Origin: Synechococcus sp.
GTDB lineage: Bacteria; Cyanobacteriota; Cyanobacteriia; Thermostichales; PCC-7336
NCBI GenBank assembly: GCA_051439605.1
Contig: JBFRWN010000056.1
Location: 1-45,892 of the forward strand
Direction: 5' to 3'
DNA length: 45,892 nt
Positions 20,490-30,959 of this stretch are shown here, one piece after another. The notes under the pieces were generated by a model, which saw only the letters and a program-made list of their open reading frames with translations, did not search any database and had not been told where the DNA came from. The number at the start of each line of letters is the position of its first letter. Position 1 is the first letter of the stretch. The translations under genes were made by a program, and so were the position numbers.

Positions 20490-21272
20490 ATGATTAAAAG
20501 ACGAGTTGTCTCACTCTTTTTGGCGTCTGTTTGCCTGCTTGGATCGAGCGCGATCGCCACCTACCAAGCACAAATCAATTCAGAATCGTCCCCTGAAGGG
20601 ACCGAATTCGTATCTGAAGATCGGGCGATGGAACTATTAGTCAGTGCCTTTGACTATTTATCCACACAAGATAAGTTTTTGTTCGATTTAGACATAACTT
20701 ACGACAATATTTTGGTGACTGGCGAAAAAGTTGAATATAGCGCTTATCAAGAGGTCATCGTTAAACGCCCCGATCGCCTGTTTGTCAACTACGTGGGGGA
20801 TCTGAATGTCAAACAGTTTTACTACGATGGGGAAACACTCTCTCTGCTCGATCCCGATGCAGGACTATACGTCACCGAAGATGCCCTGTCCACCATTGAC
20901 GAGTTAGTGCTCGATCTAGAGGAACGCAAAGGAATATCGATCCCGCTATCTACATTGCTTCTATCCAAGCCCTTAGATCGAATTTCTAACTCCATTAACA
21001 GCAGTTCTTACCTGGGGACGGGCTACGTCAATCGAGCCCCCGCCCACCACTTGCTCTTTACAACGGATGAGAAGGATTTTCAGATATGGATTAGTGAAGG
21101 GGAGACTCCGCTAGTTCAAAAAGTCGTCATTACCTATAAAGCACTGTCCGGTCAGCCTCAATATAGTGCTGTACTCAGCAATTGGGACTTTGACCACACT
21201 GGCAACGAAGATATCTTTACCTTCACGCCGACGGAAGAAGACCGTCAGGTTGAATTTTTGCCTCAAGAGTAG
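20490..21272 (+). CDS. DUF2092 family periplasmic protein
   Basis: Signal peptide from ATG 20490; VKRPDRL, FYYDGETL, HHLLF, DFQIWI, PQY.A.LSNW, FTFTP motifs. Confidence 0.75.
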   Translation: MIKRRVVSLFLASVCLLGSSAIATYQAQINSESSPEGTEFVSEDRAMELLVSAFDYLSTQDKFLFDLDITYDNILVTGEKVEYSAYQEVIVKRPDRLFVNYVGDLNVKQFYYDGETLSLLDPDAGLYVTEDALSTIDELVLDLEERKGISIPLSTLLLSKPLDRISNSINSSSYLGTGYVNRAPAHHLLFTTDEKDFQIWISEGETPLVQKVVITYKALSGQPQYSAVLSNWDFDHTGNEDIFTFTPTEEDRQVEFLPQE

Positions 21273-21322
21273 CCTTCAAACGACTCATTAAACTACCGTT
21301 CATCCGTCGAGATATCCGTTTC

Positions 21323-22312
21323 ATGAAAGTCAGTGTTCGGCTCATTACCTGTTTCATCCTTTCTCTAATACTGAGCTTCAGTTTTAACGAAGGACTATAC
21401 GCGCAAAGAGGCGGATCGAGAGGTGGCCGAGGAGGTTCGAGGCCGCAGCGCAGCCAAGCGCGCAGCCGTACCAACAGTCGCTCAAGACCCTCTCGGAGTA
21501 GCACCCAAAATCGAGGCAATATCAGCCGTCCATCCAGCAGACCGTCAAGCCCTTCTTCTCGCCCTTCAAGACCGTCTACTCGACCGTCAGGTTCCGGTAC
21601 CCGTCCCTCCTCGAGACCATCCAATCCATCGCGACCGACGGGGGGTGATGCTCGCCACAACCTCCAAAATAGAGGCAACTTAAACCGATCACCTTCAAAT
21701 CGCCCCACCCAATTACCTGCCAGACAGGGCCCCACCCGAGACGGTCAGCGTCCCAATCAACGACTGGGCACGGGAGAAGGGGTGACGAGAGGCGATCGCG
21801 CTTCATCGCGTCTTTCCAATCGACCGGATGTGCAAAACAGTTTGAGAAATCGAGAAAGTAACATTAGCAGGTCTCCCGATAACCGAAATATCAACATCGA
21901 TAACAGTCGCAATGTCAACATCGGCGATATCGACGTCAATCGGGGAGGAGGTTGGTACGGCGGCGGTTGGTACGGTCGCGGATACTATACGCCCCCCGGT
22001 TGGGGCTTAGTCGGTTTTGCGACGGGGTTGGCGATCGGGGCATCCTTATCTTCTCCCCCTCCTTATTACTCAACGGTGTACGTGGGAACAACCCGCTACA
22101 TCTATTCCGACGGTGTCTACTTGTTACCCCAAAACGACACGTACGTTGTCGTAGAGCCACCCCCTACTGCAGTCGTGACCTACTTGCCGGAAGGATGCGA
22201 GGCGTTTGTAATTGAGGATTTTCAGTTCTTCGACTGCAGCGGTGTATATTATGAACCCTTCTCTCAAGATGGAGCCATTGTGTATCGCGTTGTGGAGTTC
22301 CAATCAGAGTGA
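21323..22312 (+). CDS. Secreted protein with R/S/P/N-rich disordered region and DUF6515-like C-terminal domain
   Basis: Signal peptide, low-complexity SRPS repeats, GGWYG repeats, then YYxDGVY...YVVVEPP..AVV..LP.G-type module. Confidence 0.65.
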   Translation: MKVSVRLITCFILSLILSFSFNEGLYAQRGGSRGGRGGSRPQRSQARSRTNSRSRPSRSSTQNRGNISRPSSRPSSPSSRPSRPSTRPSGSGTRPSSRPSNPSRPTGGDARHNLQNRGNLNRSPSNRPTQLPARQGPTRDGQRPNQRLGTGEGVTRGDRASSRLSNRPDVQNSLRNRESNISRSPDNRNINIDNSRNVNIGDIDVNRGGGWYGGGWYGRGYYTPPGWGLVGFATGLAIGASLSSPPPYYSTVYVGTTRYIYSDGVYLLPQNDTYVVVEPPPTAVVTYLPEGCEAFVIEDFQFFDCSGVYYEPFSQDGAIVYRVVEFQSE

Positions 22313-22376
22313 AGGGAGCTAGATGAGGGGCAGTTTTGTTCGTGAACGACCGTAACTTTCTTGCGAAAGCGATCGG

Positions 22377-22871
22377 CTAATCCACGAGACTGTCGGCCAG
22401 CTCTTGAATCAGTTCGTGAACTTTTTCCCGCTGTTCGACGGTAAGGATGGCCCGTACCTCCATGAGGCGATTGAACAGCAACTCTCTCAATTCTTCTCCA
22501 GAAGAAATGGCATTTTGTCGCGCGATCCGGATTTCAGCCTCGCTACTTGTAGGCATTAAGACAGCATTTAGTTCAACTAGGGATGCTTGAAACCTACTGA
22601 ATGACTCCTCAATCTCAGGCTGATAAAGCTCGAAAGTTGACATCAATTCCATCTGCTGTTCTTCAGTCAGCTCGAGCTTTTGGATCAAGGCTTCTTCAGT
22701 AATGACTACTGTGCCTTCTGCTGCGCCTTGCGAGATTAATACCTCTTGTATAGGGGTATTTGAGGGGCGATCGCCACTATCAACACGAGTATTGGCGGCA
22801 AAAGCACACTGAGCACTCGTGACAACACCGAGGATACAAATCGCAATTGAAGACCGTATAAATCTTTTCAT
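22377..22871 (-). CDS. Spy/CpxP (LTXXQ) family periplasmic helical protein
   Basis: Signal peptide; LELTEEQQ and ILTVEQRE motifs. Confidence 0.75.
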   Translation of the reverse strand: MKRFIRSSIAICILGVVTSAQCAFAANTRVDSGDRPSNTPIQEVLISQGAAEGTVVITEEALIQKLELTEEQQMELMSTFELYQPEIEESFSRFQASLVELNAVLMPTSSEAEIRIARQNAISSGEELRELLFNRLMEVRAILTVEQREKVHELIQELADSLVD

Positions 22872-23223
22872 GTTTTATCCCATTAGGGGCAACTGAATTT
22901 AATGAGGCAATGTGTCAAAAATATTATGACACTCAAAGCACAGCTAATCTATATATTACGCCATATGTCAATACTCTAATTCTTTTGAACAAATTAAGAT
23001 TCAAGCGAGCGTATTTTCTTTGATATCAGGCTTAAGCTATTCAAATTCAATACACTCCCTGTTCAAGTTTTTCCAATCGAACTCCCCCGTAATGGGAGGT
23101 AGGTGGGGTGAGCCTGTCACGTACTCCGATTGATTTGCTGAATGTTAGACAGCATTCAGAAAAAGACTACAAGCAATACTGGAACGCGTTAGCAAAAGGT
23201 AGAACGGTTTTGGCATATTTTTA

Positions 23224-24972
23224 TCACTTAGAGTCCATCTTGATGGTTTTGAGGGGAAAGGAAAACGCAATTCCGGCCTCTTCAAATGCTGGTTTTAATC
23301 TGAGTCGATATTCTCGAGCAACATCCCACTGACGCATGGGTAAAGTTTTGATCAATAAGCGAATCGTAATGTAGTCTTGACCGAATTCGTCTACTCCTAA
23401 AACCAATGGGGGCTCCAGAATAAGTTGGTTCCATCTGGGTTCTTTTTTCAGGCTTCTGGCGACTGATTCCATCACTGCGATCGCCTGTTCGAGATCGGTA
23501 GTGTACTCTACATTGATACCTAAATTGAGCCGTGACCACTGATTGGTTAGGTTTTTGACACTCGTAACCCGGTTATTTGCGATCGATATCAGTTCGCCAT
23601 CTAAGGTTCGAATCTTTGTCATTCTTAAGGTTAAATATTCGACAATTCCTGTCTGATTTTCTATCGAAACTACATCCCCTAGCGCATACTGATCTTCAGA
23701 TAAAATCAGGAATCCACTGATATAATCGCGAAATAGATTTTGCAAACTCAGACCCGCTATGCCAGCCAAAGTCAATATCGAGACCGTTGGTAGACGGAGT
23801 ATCTCAATAGCAACAATGATGAGAATAACTGAATAAGCAATTACGTGGATCGTATGTTTGCTAGCAAGGGCAATACTTGGGGCTCTTTTTTGATGTCTGG
23901 AAACGCCAACCCCTTGAATCGATTGCTGGTCGATCCATGCTTGCAGCAAGAAATCAACGAGAAAACTGGCGAATCTAATAGCAACAAGAGCTACGACAAG
24001 TAAGCCAAAAATCTGTAGAGGCAAACCAGATAGCCATCGGCCAAAATCACGGCTTTGGGGAAACAGACTCGATATCCAACTGGCTGATACGAGTAAGATA
24101 GATATTTGTAAAAAGCGTAAGAAAAGACGGATCGACGAATTCATCCGTCCTAACTCTAAAGGCTGCCACTTTGGAATTGATGAATCATTGTTAAATGCCC
24201 AGGCTAGTGTATTCAATTGGATATCAAATCCCGACCGATTAATTAAGTTTTCGGATTCTTGCAGGTTTTCTCGCTCTTGTTTTGCTTGTTTCCAACCTTT
24301 GAGTAGCCTTCTTTGGACAAACGCCACAACAATGCTACTGGGAATAGCTGTAAATAGAATAATTGCAGCCCTGCGAGTTTGCTGGATAATGTTGTCTGAC
24401 TGACGTTCTAGCTTGGCCGACAGTATTCCAGACAATACAACTTCGGCCCTAGACTTAGCCAAAGAGTCGATCGATTGACCCGCCAGCTGTGCATCTAGAT
24501 CGGTCACCACTAGAACCACTTGCTTGGGCAAGTTAGGTTCGGCCTCAACAAAGATGGTCAACTCTTCATCCAAGATTTCCACATCAACTTCTAACTTGTC
24601 CAAGTTGAACTGTGTTGCAACAATTTGACGTAAATTATTCTCAATCCGGATTACGCGTTCCTCTATTGGCCTCAGTTCCCCCTCTTCAGTCCTCAACTGA
24701 ATCTCCGTGGCTACCTGAAATTGGGGAATGCCATCGATGCTTACACTGGCATATTCGAGATTTCCCAACTGGTAAACTCTGATGTTAGTGCGGGAAAACT
24801 GCCGGCTATTATCTGGTGCCAATAAGCGTTCGAAAATATTCGGTATCTGGCCTACTGAGGGGGCAGCTCCACAGGATACAAAGCCAAAGGATAGCAAAAG
24901 AGCGATCGCCGACATCCAGATGAGTCGCGCAAGTCTTTTTCGACTGAGGTAAATGTCTATTTTAGAGAGCAT
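23224..24972 (-). CDS. MscS-family mechanosensitive channel with periplasmic N-terminal domain
   Basis: QNLFRDYISGFLILSEDQYALGDVV, GIVEYLTLRMTKIRTLDGEL, NLTNQWSR, KTLPMRQWDVAREYRLRLK. Confidence 0.88.
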   Translation of the reverse strand: MLSKIDIYLSRKRLARLIWMSAIALLLSFGFVSCGAAPSVGQIPNIFERLLAPDNSRQFSRTNIRVYQLGNLEYASVSIDGIPQFQVATEIQLRTEEGELRPIEERVIRIENNLRQIVATQFNLDKLEVDVEILDEELTIFVEAEPNLPKQVVLVVTDLDAQLAGQSIDSLAKSRAEVVLSGILSAKLERQSDNIIQQTRRAAIILFTAIPSSIVVAFVQRRLLKGWKQAKQERENLQESENLINRSGFDIQLNTLAWAFNNDSSIPKWQPLELGRMNSSIRLFLRFLQISILLVSASWISSLFPQSRDFGRWLSGLPLQIFGLLVVALVAIRFASFLVDFLLQAWIDQQSIQGVGVSRHQKRAPSIALASKHTIHVIAYSVILIIVAIEILRLPTVSILTLAGIAGLSLQNLFRDYISGFLILSEDQYALGDVVSIENQTGIVEYLTLRMTKIRTLDGELISIANNRVTSVKNLTNQWSRLNLGINVEYTTDLEQAIAVMESVARSLKKEPRWNQLILEPPLVLGVDEFGQDYITIRLLIKTLPMRQWDVAREYRLRLKPAFEEAGIAFSFPLKTIKMDSK

Positions 24973-25233
24973 CGCATCGCTAGGAATCTCGTGACAGTCT
25001 GATGAATAATGTCCCTTCTATGTAGAGTTAACACACCTTCAGTGTGGAGTCTGAGACGCTTTAACCCAACATCTTCTGAGACTGATTCGGAATACACTGC
25101 ATTCAAGCCTCGTCGAGCATCTAGGTTTCTAAGTGAATAGCTAAAGCCAAACGAGCATGAAAACGACGGTTGTCGATTGACGGTACTGTGACAAAGACGA
25201 CAGTCTAGATCGATACAGCCTTGGAGATCGAAA

Positions 25234-27756
25234 GTGGCGATCGCACGTTCGCGACAGTATCGGTTCTGGTGGATGCTGCTCGCCGCCATCCTCGCCATCC
25301 TAACGCTACTGTTACTTCATCCAGGTTCCCCTCCCCCAGACCGCCCATCCAGCTACGAGATCGCTATCCGCGACCCCTTCAATCAACCCGATTTTTATCC
25401 AGTGCAACAGGCTGGCGATGGCGGGCTCTACATACCCGTTGGGGATTGGGTCGGGCGTTTGCTGTTGCCGTCCAGCCAAGAATACGAGATCGGGTCAACC
25501 GATGGGTCACTGAGTTCGGATTGGGCTTGGTTGCAGGTGTATAGTGCCCCCCCCGAATGGCAGCGGTGGGTGGGAACCGTTGTTCGCCTCGAGTGGCAAG
25601 ACCTACCTGAAGGCCAAAGACTCCTGCCGATATTGAGCAGCGATATCCATTTTAGAAAAGATGCTTGGGAAGCCAACCGCGTCGGCGATGTCGTTCCCCA
25701 ACGCTTGGACGGTCGCTCTCGAGTGGGACCACTACAATCTCTGGCTGGAGCTCGCCCTTTAGATGACGTTATTGTGGCCCTAGAAGCTGGAAACGTTATC
25801 GTTAACGCTGAAAGTACTCCCGCTCTGCAGGTTAAACAATTCCCCCTTCAAGTTCCAGAGCGCTTTTACGGACTGGTGAAAATTCTCGGTGTTGCTGAAC
25901 CCGCGCCCGATTTTTCAGCAGTCAAAGGCTGTTCTCGTGAAAGTGGGTGTGCCATAGAATTCTTGCGCGTTCAACATTTCAACTCCCAATCTCAGCAGTT
26001 TGATGGGCCGATCGAGATCGTTCGCTTCCCCCAACAGCCTGCCGATCGCAACGGTCGCTGGCCTTCCACCCCAAGTCAGTTAGAAACATCCCCTGCAGGC
26101 AGCGAAGGCTGGTATATCTATGGCGCCCGCACTGCCGATGGAATGTTCGTCGTACGGGCCCTTCAGCCGCGATCGCTCTTTCAACTCCATTCCGACCGCT
26201 CGATCCGGGGACTACGCGCTGGCTTTCACTACATCTCCGGCCAGAACTGGAAGAATACAGAGGCGCTGAAAGGGACAACTCAAACCGCCGTCATTCGGAC
26301 AGACGGTCGCACTGATGTCACTGAGAACCCCTGGCAAGAGGGGGATCGGGCTCTGGTGATTCATTTATTTGGCGGGATTGGCGGGGAAAAGGGGGAACCG
26401 ACCTTAGCGGGCACGGTGACCGGTCACTTTGCCTACGGCACGGCAACCGTTGTCCGCGAACCGTTGGCTGGAGAGCTGCAGCTGGCGATCGATTACGAAC
26501 AAGTTTACGCCCACAACCCCAACGGCATCGTGGCGGGATCTGCATCGTGGGCCAACTATATGGGGGATTTACAGCGGGGCTGGCTGGGCACTCGTCCGGT
26601 TTCTGATGTTGTGGTCAAACTCGAGGCCATCACCCAAGACTATGACTTTGGTGGCGATCGCCTCTCTCCTTTAGAAGAACTGCAAGGACAATTGCAGGTA
26701 ATGGCTGCCCGCTATCGCACCGGAGACGGCACGGGCGTCGCCATCGTCACCCCCTCCACCTCTTGCGTACAGGACTCTAATCAGGCCCTTTACATTGCGA
26801 TCGAGAGTCTCAAGCTGAAAGTTCTGTCAAATCCCAATATTCAGCACTGGCTGGAGGAGCATCCCACCCATCCGCAAACCCTCCGCTTTCAGACCCTGAT
26901 CGATCTCGAACGGGATTTAGTCAAAGCCCTAGCACCGTTTGGATCGGTGCGCCAGGATTGGCAACACAATGCGGAACGGCTGGAGGGGATCGGCAACGGG
27001 CAGGGGTTTATCCGCAATCCAACATTGCAAGCCGGATGGGAGAGTCTGGTGACCATGTTGCCCAGACGCGCCCACGATGAACTGAGCCACATTTTTCTGG
27101 AGCACGGAGCCACGCTGTGGTTCGTCCGCACCAATCAAGTGGGGGGCACCGATCCAACGATCGTTCCGGTTGCCCCGACCATAGTGTTCGGGCAATTCCC
27201 CATCGTTTCTACTTTGCTGCGTCGCACTGTCATTGCTGCCGCGACCGGTCCCGCGCCCCTAGAGTGGTTAGCTGCTGCGGGCATTTTGGGGCTGTATGCT
27301 GCCATTGCCTTGCCAGTGGGATTCCGAACCGGATTGTTTCGGTTTGAGTGGGTTGCCGAACCGCGCGACGCACGGGCTCTGGGCCTACTGGGAACTTTTT
27401 TCAGTCCAGCTCTCTTAGAAGAACTGATATTTCGCGTGGCCATTGTGCCCCATACCGTTGAACGGGTGTCTGAATGGACGTGGCTGGCTGGGGCGTTCGC
27501 CAGCACGGCATTGTTTGTCCTTTATCATCCCTTGCTGGCGGCCACTGTTTACCCGCAAAGCAAATCAACCTTTTTCCGACCCGCGTTTCTCTGGTTGGCA
27601 GGGTTGCTGGGGGTTGCCTGCTTACTGGCATACCGATTCACCAGCTCCATCTGGCCAGCAGTCGCTATCCATTGGATCGTTGTGGTGGTCTGGTTGTATT
27701 GGTTGGGAGGGCAGGCTGTGTTGAACGGTGGGCGGTCCAAATCTAGGCATTCCTAG
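25234..27756 (+). CDS. Large cyanobacterial protein with C-terminal CPBP (CAAX/Abi) intramembrane protease domain
   Basis: C-terminal PALLEELIFR, LFVLYHP and AIHWIVV CPBP motifs; long extracytoplasmic domain with HLFGGIGG, GHFAYG, SCVQDS. Confidence 0.8.
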   Translation: MAIARSRQYRFWWMLLAAILAILTLLLLHPGSPPPDRPSSYEIAIRDPFNQPDFYPVQQAGDGGLYIPVGDWVGRLLLPSSQEYEIGSTDGSLSSDWAWLQVYSAPPEWQRWVGTVVRLEWQDLPEGQRLLPILSSDIHFRKDAWEANRVGDVVPQRLDGRSRVGPLQSLAGARPLDDVIVALEAGNVIVNAESTPALQVKQFPLQVPERFYGLVKILGVAEPAPDFSAVKGCSRESGCAIEFLRVQHFNSQSQQFDGPIEIVRFPQQPADRNGRWPSTPSQLETSPAGSEGWYIYGARTADGMFVVRALQPRSLFQLHSDRSIRGLRAGFHYISGQNWKNTEALKGTTQTAVIRTDGRTDVTENPWQEGDRALVIHLFGGIGGEKGEPTLAGTVTGHFAYGTATVVREPLAGELQLAIDYEQVYAHNPNGIVAGSASWANYMGDLQRGWLGTRPVSDVVVKLEAITQDYDFGGDRLSPLEELQGQLQVMAARYRTGDGTGVAIVTPSTSCVQDSNQALYIAIESLKLKVLSNPNIQHWLEEHPTHPQTLRFQTLIDLERDLVKALAPFGSVRQDWQHNAERLEGIGNGQGFIRNPTLQAGWESLVTMLPRRAHDELSHIFLEHGATLWFVRTNQVGGTDPTIVPVAPTIVFGQFPIVSTLLRRTVIAAATGPAPLEWLAAAGILGLYAAIALPVGFRTGLFRFEWVAEPRDARALGLLGTFFSPALLEELIFRVAIVPHTVERVSEWTWLAGAFASTALFVLYHPLLAATVYPQSKSTFFRPAFLWLAGLLGVACLLAYRFTSSIWPAVAIHWIVVVVWLYWLGGQAVLNGGRSKSRHS

Positions 27757-27878
27757 CGTTCGAGTCAGGTATCGATCGATCTTGGTTCAACAAGATGTCT
27801 ATTTCGGCAAGCGATACCGAACCTGTGGCTGCACGATCGGGCCTAAACGGGATGACAAAGGCCGTCGTTGGATTTGGG

Positions 27879-29207
27879 CTACTCAGATTGCCGATCGCCA
27901 TAGAGCGTCCCTCGACATTCCCCAAACCCCACGCGAGCGTAACCTTCTTTCTGGCAATATCCGCGCAAAATCACTTCGTCACCATCGGCAAGAAACGTGC
28001 GCTGTTCCCCCGTGGGCAAAGCGATCGCCCGCTCTCCCCGACGCGTAATCTCCAGCAGGGACCCTTGTGTCCCCTCTGCTGCACCGGAAACGGTACCGCT
28101 GGCGAGCAGATCCCCCGGCCGCAGATTGCAACCGTTACTGGCGTGGTGGGTCAGCATTTGGGCGACGGTCCAATACATTTGTGAAAACGAAGCCCGGCTC
28201 AATGGCAGGGGATCGAGCCCAGCCTCCCGCATTTGGGCCGAACTGAGCAGCACTTCAACCGTTAGGTCGATTCCCCCTCCACTGTCATTTTCCGCCGCGC
28301 AGAGGTAGGGCAGCGGTTGCGGATCTGACATGGGGCGAGAATAGGCCGGACATCGAAACGGGGCCAGCGCATCTAACGTCACCACCCACGGCGAGATTGT
28401 GGTGGCGAAACTCTTGCCAAGAAAGGGACCGAGAGGGCGATATTCCCAGGCTTGGATATCTCGTGCCGACCAGTCGTTTACCAGGCAAAGGCCAAAGATA
28501 TGGTCCTCGGCTTCCTCGATTGCGATCGCCTCTCCTAATGCGTTGCCAGCCCCAATCAAACACCCCACTTCCATCTCGTAATCCAGCAGTTGGGACGGGG
28601 CAAAAATTGGGGCGGCAGCGTCAGGAGGTTTCCGCTGGCCTCGGGGGCGCTTGATGGGGGTGCCGCTGGAAACGATGGAGGAAGCTCGCCCGTGATAGGC
28701 GATCGGGATGTGCTTGTAGTTGGGCAGGAGAGGATTGTCAGGGCGGAAGAGCTTACCAACGTTGGTGGCGTGATAAATAGAGGCGTAGAAGTCCGTGTAG
28801 TCGCCGATTTGGGTAGGTAGTAACAGGTCAGCTTCGGCGATCGCCACGAGGACACTCGCTTCTGGAGGAGACGTTTGTTCGTCCAACTGCAGCAACTGGC
28901 TGAGATGAAGGCGCAATGCTGACGCAGCCCCTCTCCCTATAGCCATCAACGGATTCAAGATCGGCGCGGCACAAGCAGCCTGAAGCGACTCGGGCAACCC
29001 CAGCAACAGCCCTGCTGACCGACAGGCAGCTAAGTCCAAAATGGAGTCTCCGATCGCCACCCCAATCCGCGCGGGTTCAGAGGTTCCCCGCCGTCGAAAC
29101 ATCCCAAACGGCAAGTTCTGAATGGGAAAATCGCAGTTGGCTTGATTGGCAGCTGTCACCCAACTGCGCAGGTGCGGGTCGTGGGTGCGATCGAGCGGAT
29201 CGCTCAT
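27879..29207 (-). CDS. fahA: Fumarylacetoacetase
   Basis: DFPIQNLPFG, IGDYTDFYASIYHATNVG, YHGRASS, LDYEME, NDWSARDIQAWEY.PLGPFLGKSF, VGFGECRG. Confidence 0.95.
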   Translation of the reverse strand: MSDPLDRTHDPHLRSWVTAANQANCDFPIQNLPFGMFRRRGTSEPARIGVAIGDSILDLAACRSAGLLLGLPESLQAACAAPILNPLMAIGRGAASALRLHLSQLLQLDEQTSPPEASVLVAIAEADLLLPTQIGDYTDFYASIYHATNVGKLFRPDNPLLPNYKHIPIAYHGRASSIVSSGTPIKRPRGQRKPPDAAAPIFAPSQLLDYEMEVGCLIGAGNALGEAIAIEEAEDHIFGLCLVNDWSARDIQAWEYRPLGPFLGKSFATTISPWVVTLDALAPFRCPAYSRPMSDPQPLPYLCAAENDSGGGIDLTVEVLLSSAQMREAGLDPLPLSRASFSQMYWTVAQMLTHHASNGCNLRPGDLLASGTVSGAAEGTQGSLLEITRRGERAIALPTGEQRTFLADGDEVILRGYCQKEGYARVGFGECRGTLYGDRQSE

Positions 29208-30073
29208 AACAGGTTCAGCTCCTTGAGACCTTCAATGGGTTCTGTAACCGAGCAGGAACCGAAGGAGCGGAATAACTGCTGGCGGGCTTCGATCAATTGC
29301 GAGAGGGTGAGAAAGAGATCGCCACAGCCGATTCCCCCATCCTCGATTTGGAAGCGATCGATACGGGCTTCGTGCAAGATAACGAGTCCTTCTTCAGTCG
29401 TTACCTCGTGTGAATAGGCCAATGCTGCCAAGATGGCTAAATTGAGAAAACCATGCATGGAGGCAAGTCTACCGTTGGGCAGAGAATGACGAGCGTGCAA
29501 CGGATGGTGAAGTCCTGCAGTGGCCTTGAACGGCACCTGAAGTTCAGCGCAAGTCATGACAAACTGACACACGTGTGCAGTGTTGGGAAATGCCTCGGGA
29601 TTGAGCCCCCCCATGCGCACTTTGGCTGCTGCACCGGTCTCTTGCAATACCGCAATGTAGGAATCTGAATCTTCGAATGAAGGAATTTCGAAGAAGGCAT
29701 CCACCCCCGTTGGTAGGTGGGGCAGCATGCTTTCAATGTCAGCAGGTTGCAGTAGGGGAGGAAACTCTAGCGCGGCGATATCCCCTTGTCCTCGCAGATC
29801 GCTGGACTCAATTCTCTCCAAGTCCAGCTCCCAATCTTTGGAAACGATGGCAGCGATCGGGATCGGCTCCACTGCCCCTAAGAATGGCAACCAATCTTCG
29901 AATTCTGGCAACCGAGATATCGGCAGCACAAACCGACCCAACATCCAACCCCGATCTGAGGAGCGGTATCGAGCGTAATGGCGCATGGCTTGTGGTAGAT
30001 CGAGCCGAGCGGGGGGAAACAACCCGGCATAGTCAACAATGGACGATAACAAGGTCTTGACTGAAGCATGCAT
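29204..30073 (-). CDS. Conserved hypothetical protein coupled to fahA
   Basis: VDYAGLFPPA, KVRMGG, FKATAGLHHP, HGFLN, SFGSCS..EP motifs; its stop overlaps the fahA start (ATGA). Confidence 0.75.
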   Translation of the reverse strand: MHASVKTLLSSIVDYAGLFPPARLDLPQAMRHYARYRSSDRGWMLGRFVLPISRLPEFEDWLPFLGAVEPIPIAAIVSKDWELDLERIESSDLRGQGDIAALEFPPLLQPADIESMLPHLPTGVDAFFEIPSFEDSDSYIAVLQETGAAAKVRMGGLNPEAFPNTAHVCQFVMTCAELQVPFKATAGLHHPLHARHSLPNGRLASMHGFLNLAILAALAYSHEVTTEEGLVILHEARIDRFQIEDGGIGCGDLFLTLSQLIEARQQLFRSFGSCSVTEPIEGLKELNLL

Positions 30074-30115
30074 AGGGCTCTTGCCTCTGAAATGCGCCAA
30101 TCAACTCTTGGGGGG

Positions 30116-30673
30116 TTAGTCCAAGGGCAGAGAGGTAGATACTTTTATTTCATCTAAGACGATGCTGGTACGAATTCGGTCCACCCCCGGAATTTGGGCA
30201 ATCTGTGCGGACAAGAACTGGGCTAAATGCCGGTGGCTGGCCACCACCACTTTCAACAGATAGTCAAATTCGCCGCTGAGATGGTGGCACTCTAACACCT
30301 CGGGCAACCCCCGCACGCGATCGCAAAATTGAGCCACGCATTCCGGCTGATGGCGGGTCAAGGTCACCTGAGCAAAACACAAGACATCCAACCCCAGCGC
30401 CTCTCGATTAACCAGAGCAACGTAGCGATCGATGCAACCGTTGCTTTCCAGCTTTTTCAATCGCTTCTGCAGACCAGGGGCAGACAGATTGACCCGACGG
30501 GCCAATTCAGCACTGCTCAGCCGACCGCTCTCCTGTAGTAGATGAAGGATCTGCCGATCCTTGTCGTCGAGCTGCCTGAGTAAATCTCGATTCAAAACAG
30601 TCGATTGTGCCTGAGTGGCGTTGTCGTCATATCGCCTCTCCAATTGCGTGCCCTTTTGAATTGAGCAGCCCAT
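30116..30673 (-). CDS. Lrp/AsnC family transcriptional regulator
   Basis: LDDKDRQILHLLQESGRLSSAELARRVNLS HTH; EVLECHHLSGEFDYLLKV ligand-binding domain; divergent from hppD. Confidence 0.92.
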   Translation of the reverse strand: MGCSIQKGTQLERRYDDNATQAQSTVLNRDLLRQLDDKDRQILHLLQESGRLSSAELARRVNLSAPGLQKRLKKLESNGCIDRYVALVNREALGLDVLCFAQVTLTRHQPECVAQFCDRVRGLPEVLECHHLSGEFDYLLKVVVASHRHLAQFLSAQIAQIPGVDRIRTSIVLDEIKVSTSLPLD

Positions 30674-30959
30674 TTGTTTGATTGCTCAGCCCATCTAAGG
30701 GCGCGGAGCGATAGCGTTTAACTGGCTAGCAAGTTAAATAATGAATCTAAATCAAGCTTATCGGTTAACTTTCAATAGTAGGCAATCCGATCCTAGAAAA
30801 TTTAAAATCAGATAAGAGGGCACATGGTTTGAGACCGCTACTTTATACCTAACGCCAACTGCCCCACCCATTCTTCTGTGTGAAGAGTTATTCGATCGCC
30901 TTGGGAGAGGCGGCCGCACATCCTGGCAGCTGGCTAAGCTACGGGAGAGGAGGATTTTC

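Noticed and set aside
21400..21920. SRPS-type repeats as a DNA repeat element or second RiPP precursor
   Set aside because: Repeats are degenerate at DNA level and encode a disordered protein region; no maturase is adjacent.
25234..27756. Abi-annotated CPBP protein as a phage abortive-infection system linked to the DGR locus
   Set aside because: The CPBP 'Abi' label does not establish defence function, and the gene is separated from the DGR operon by the tyrosine cluster.
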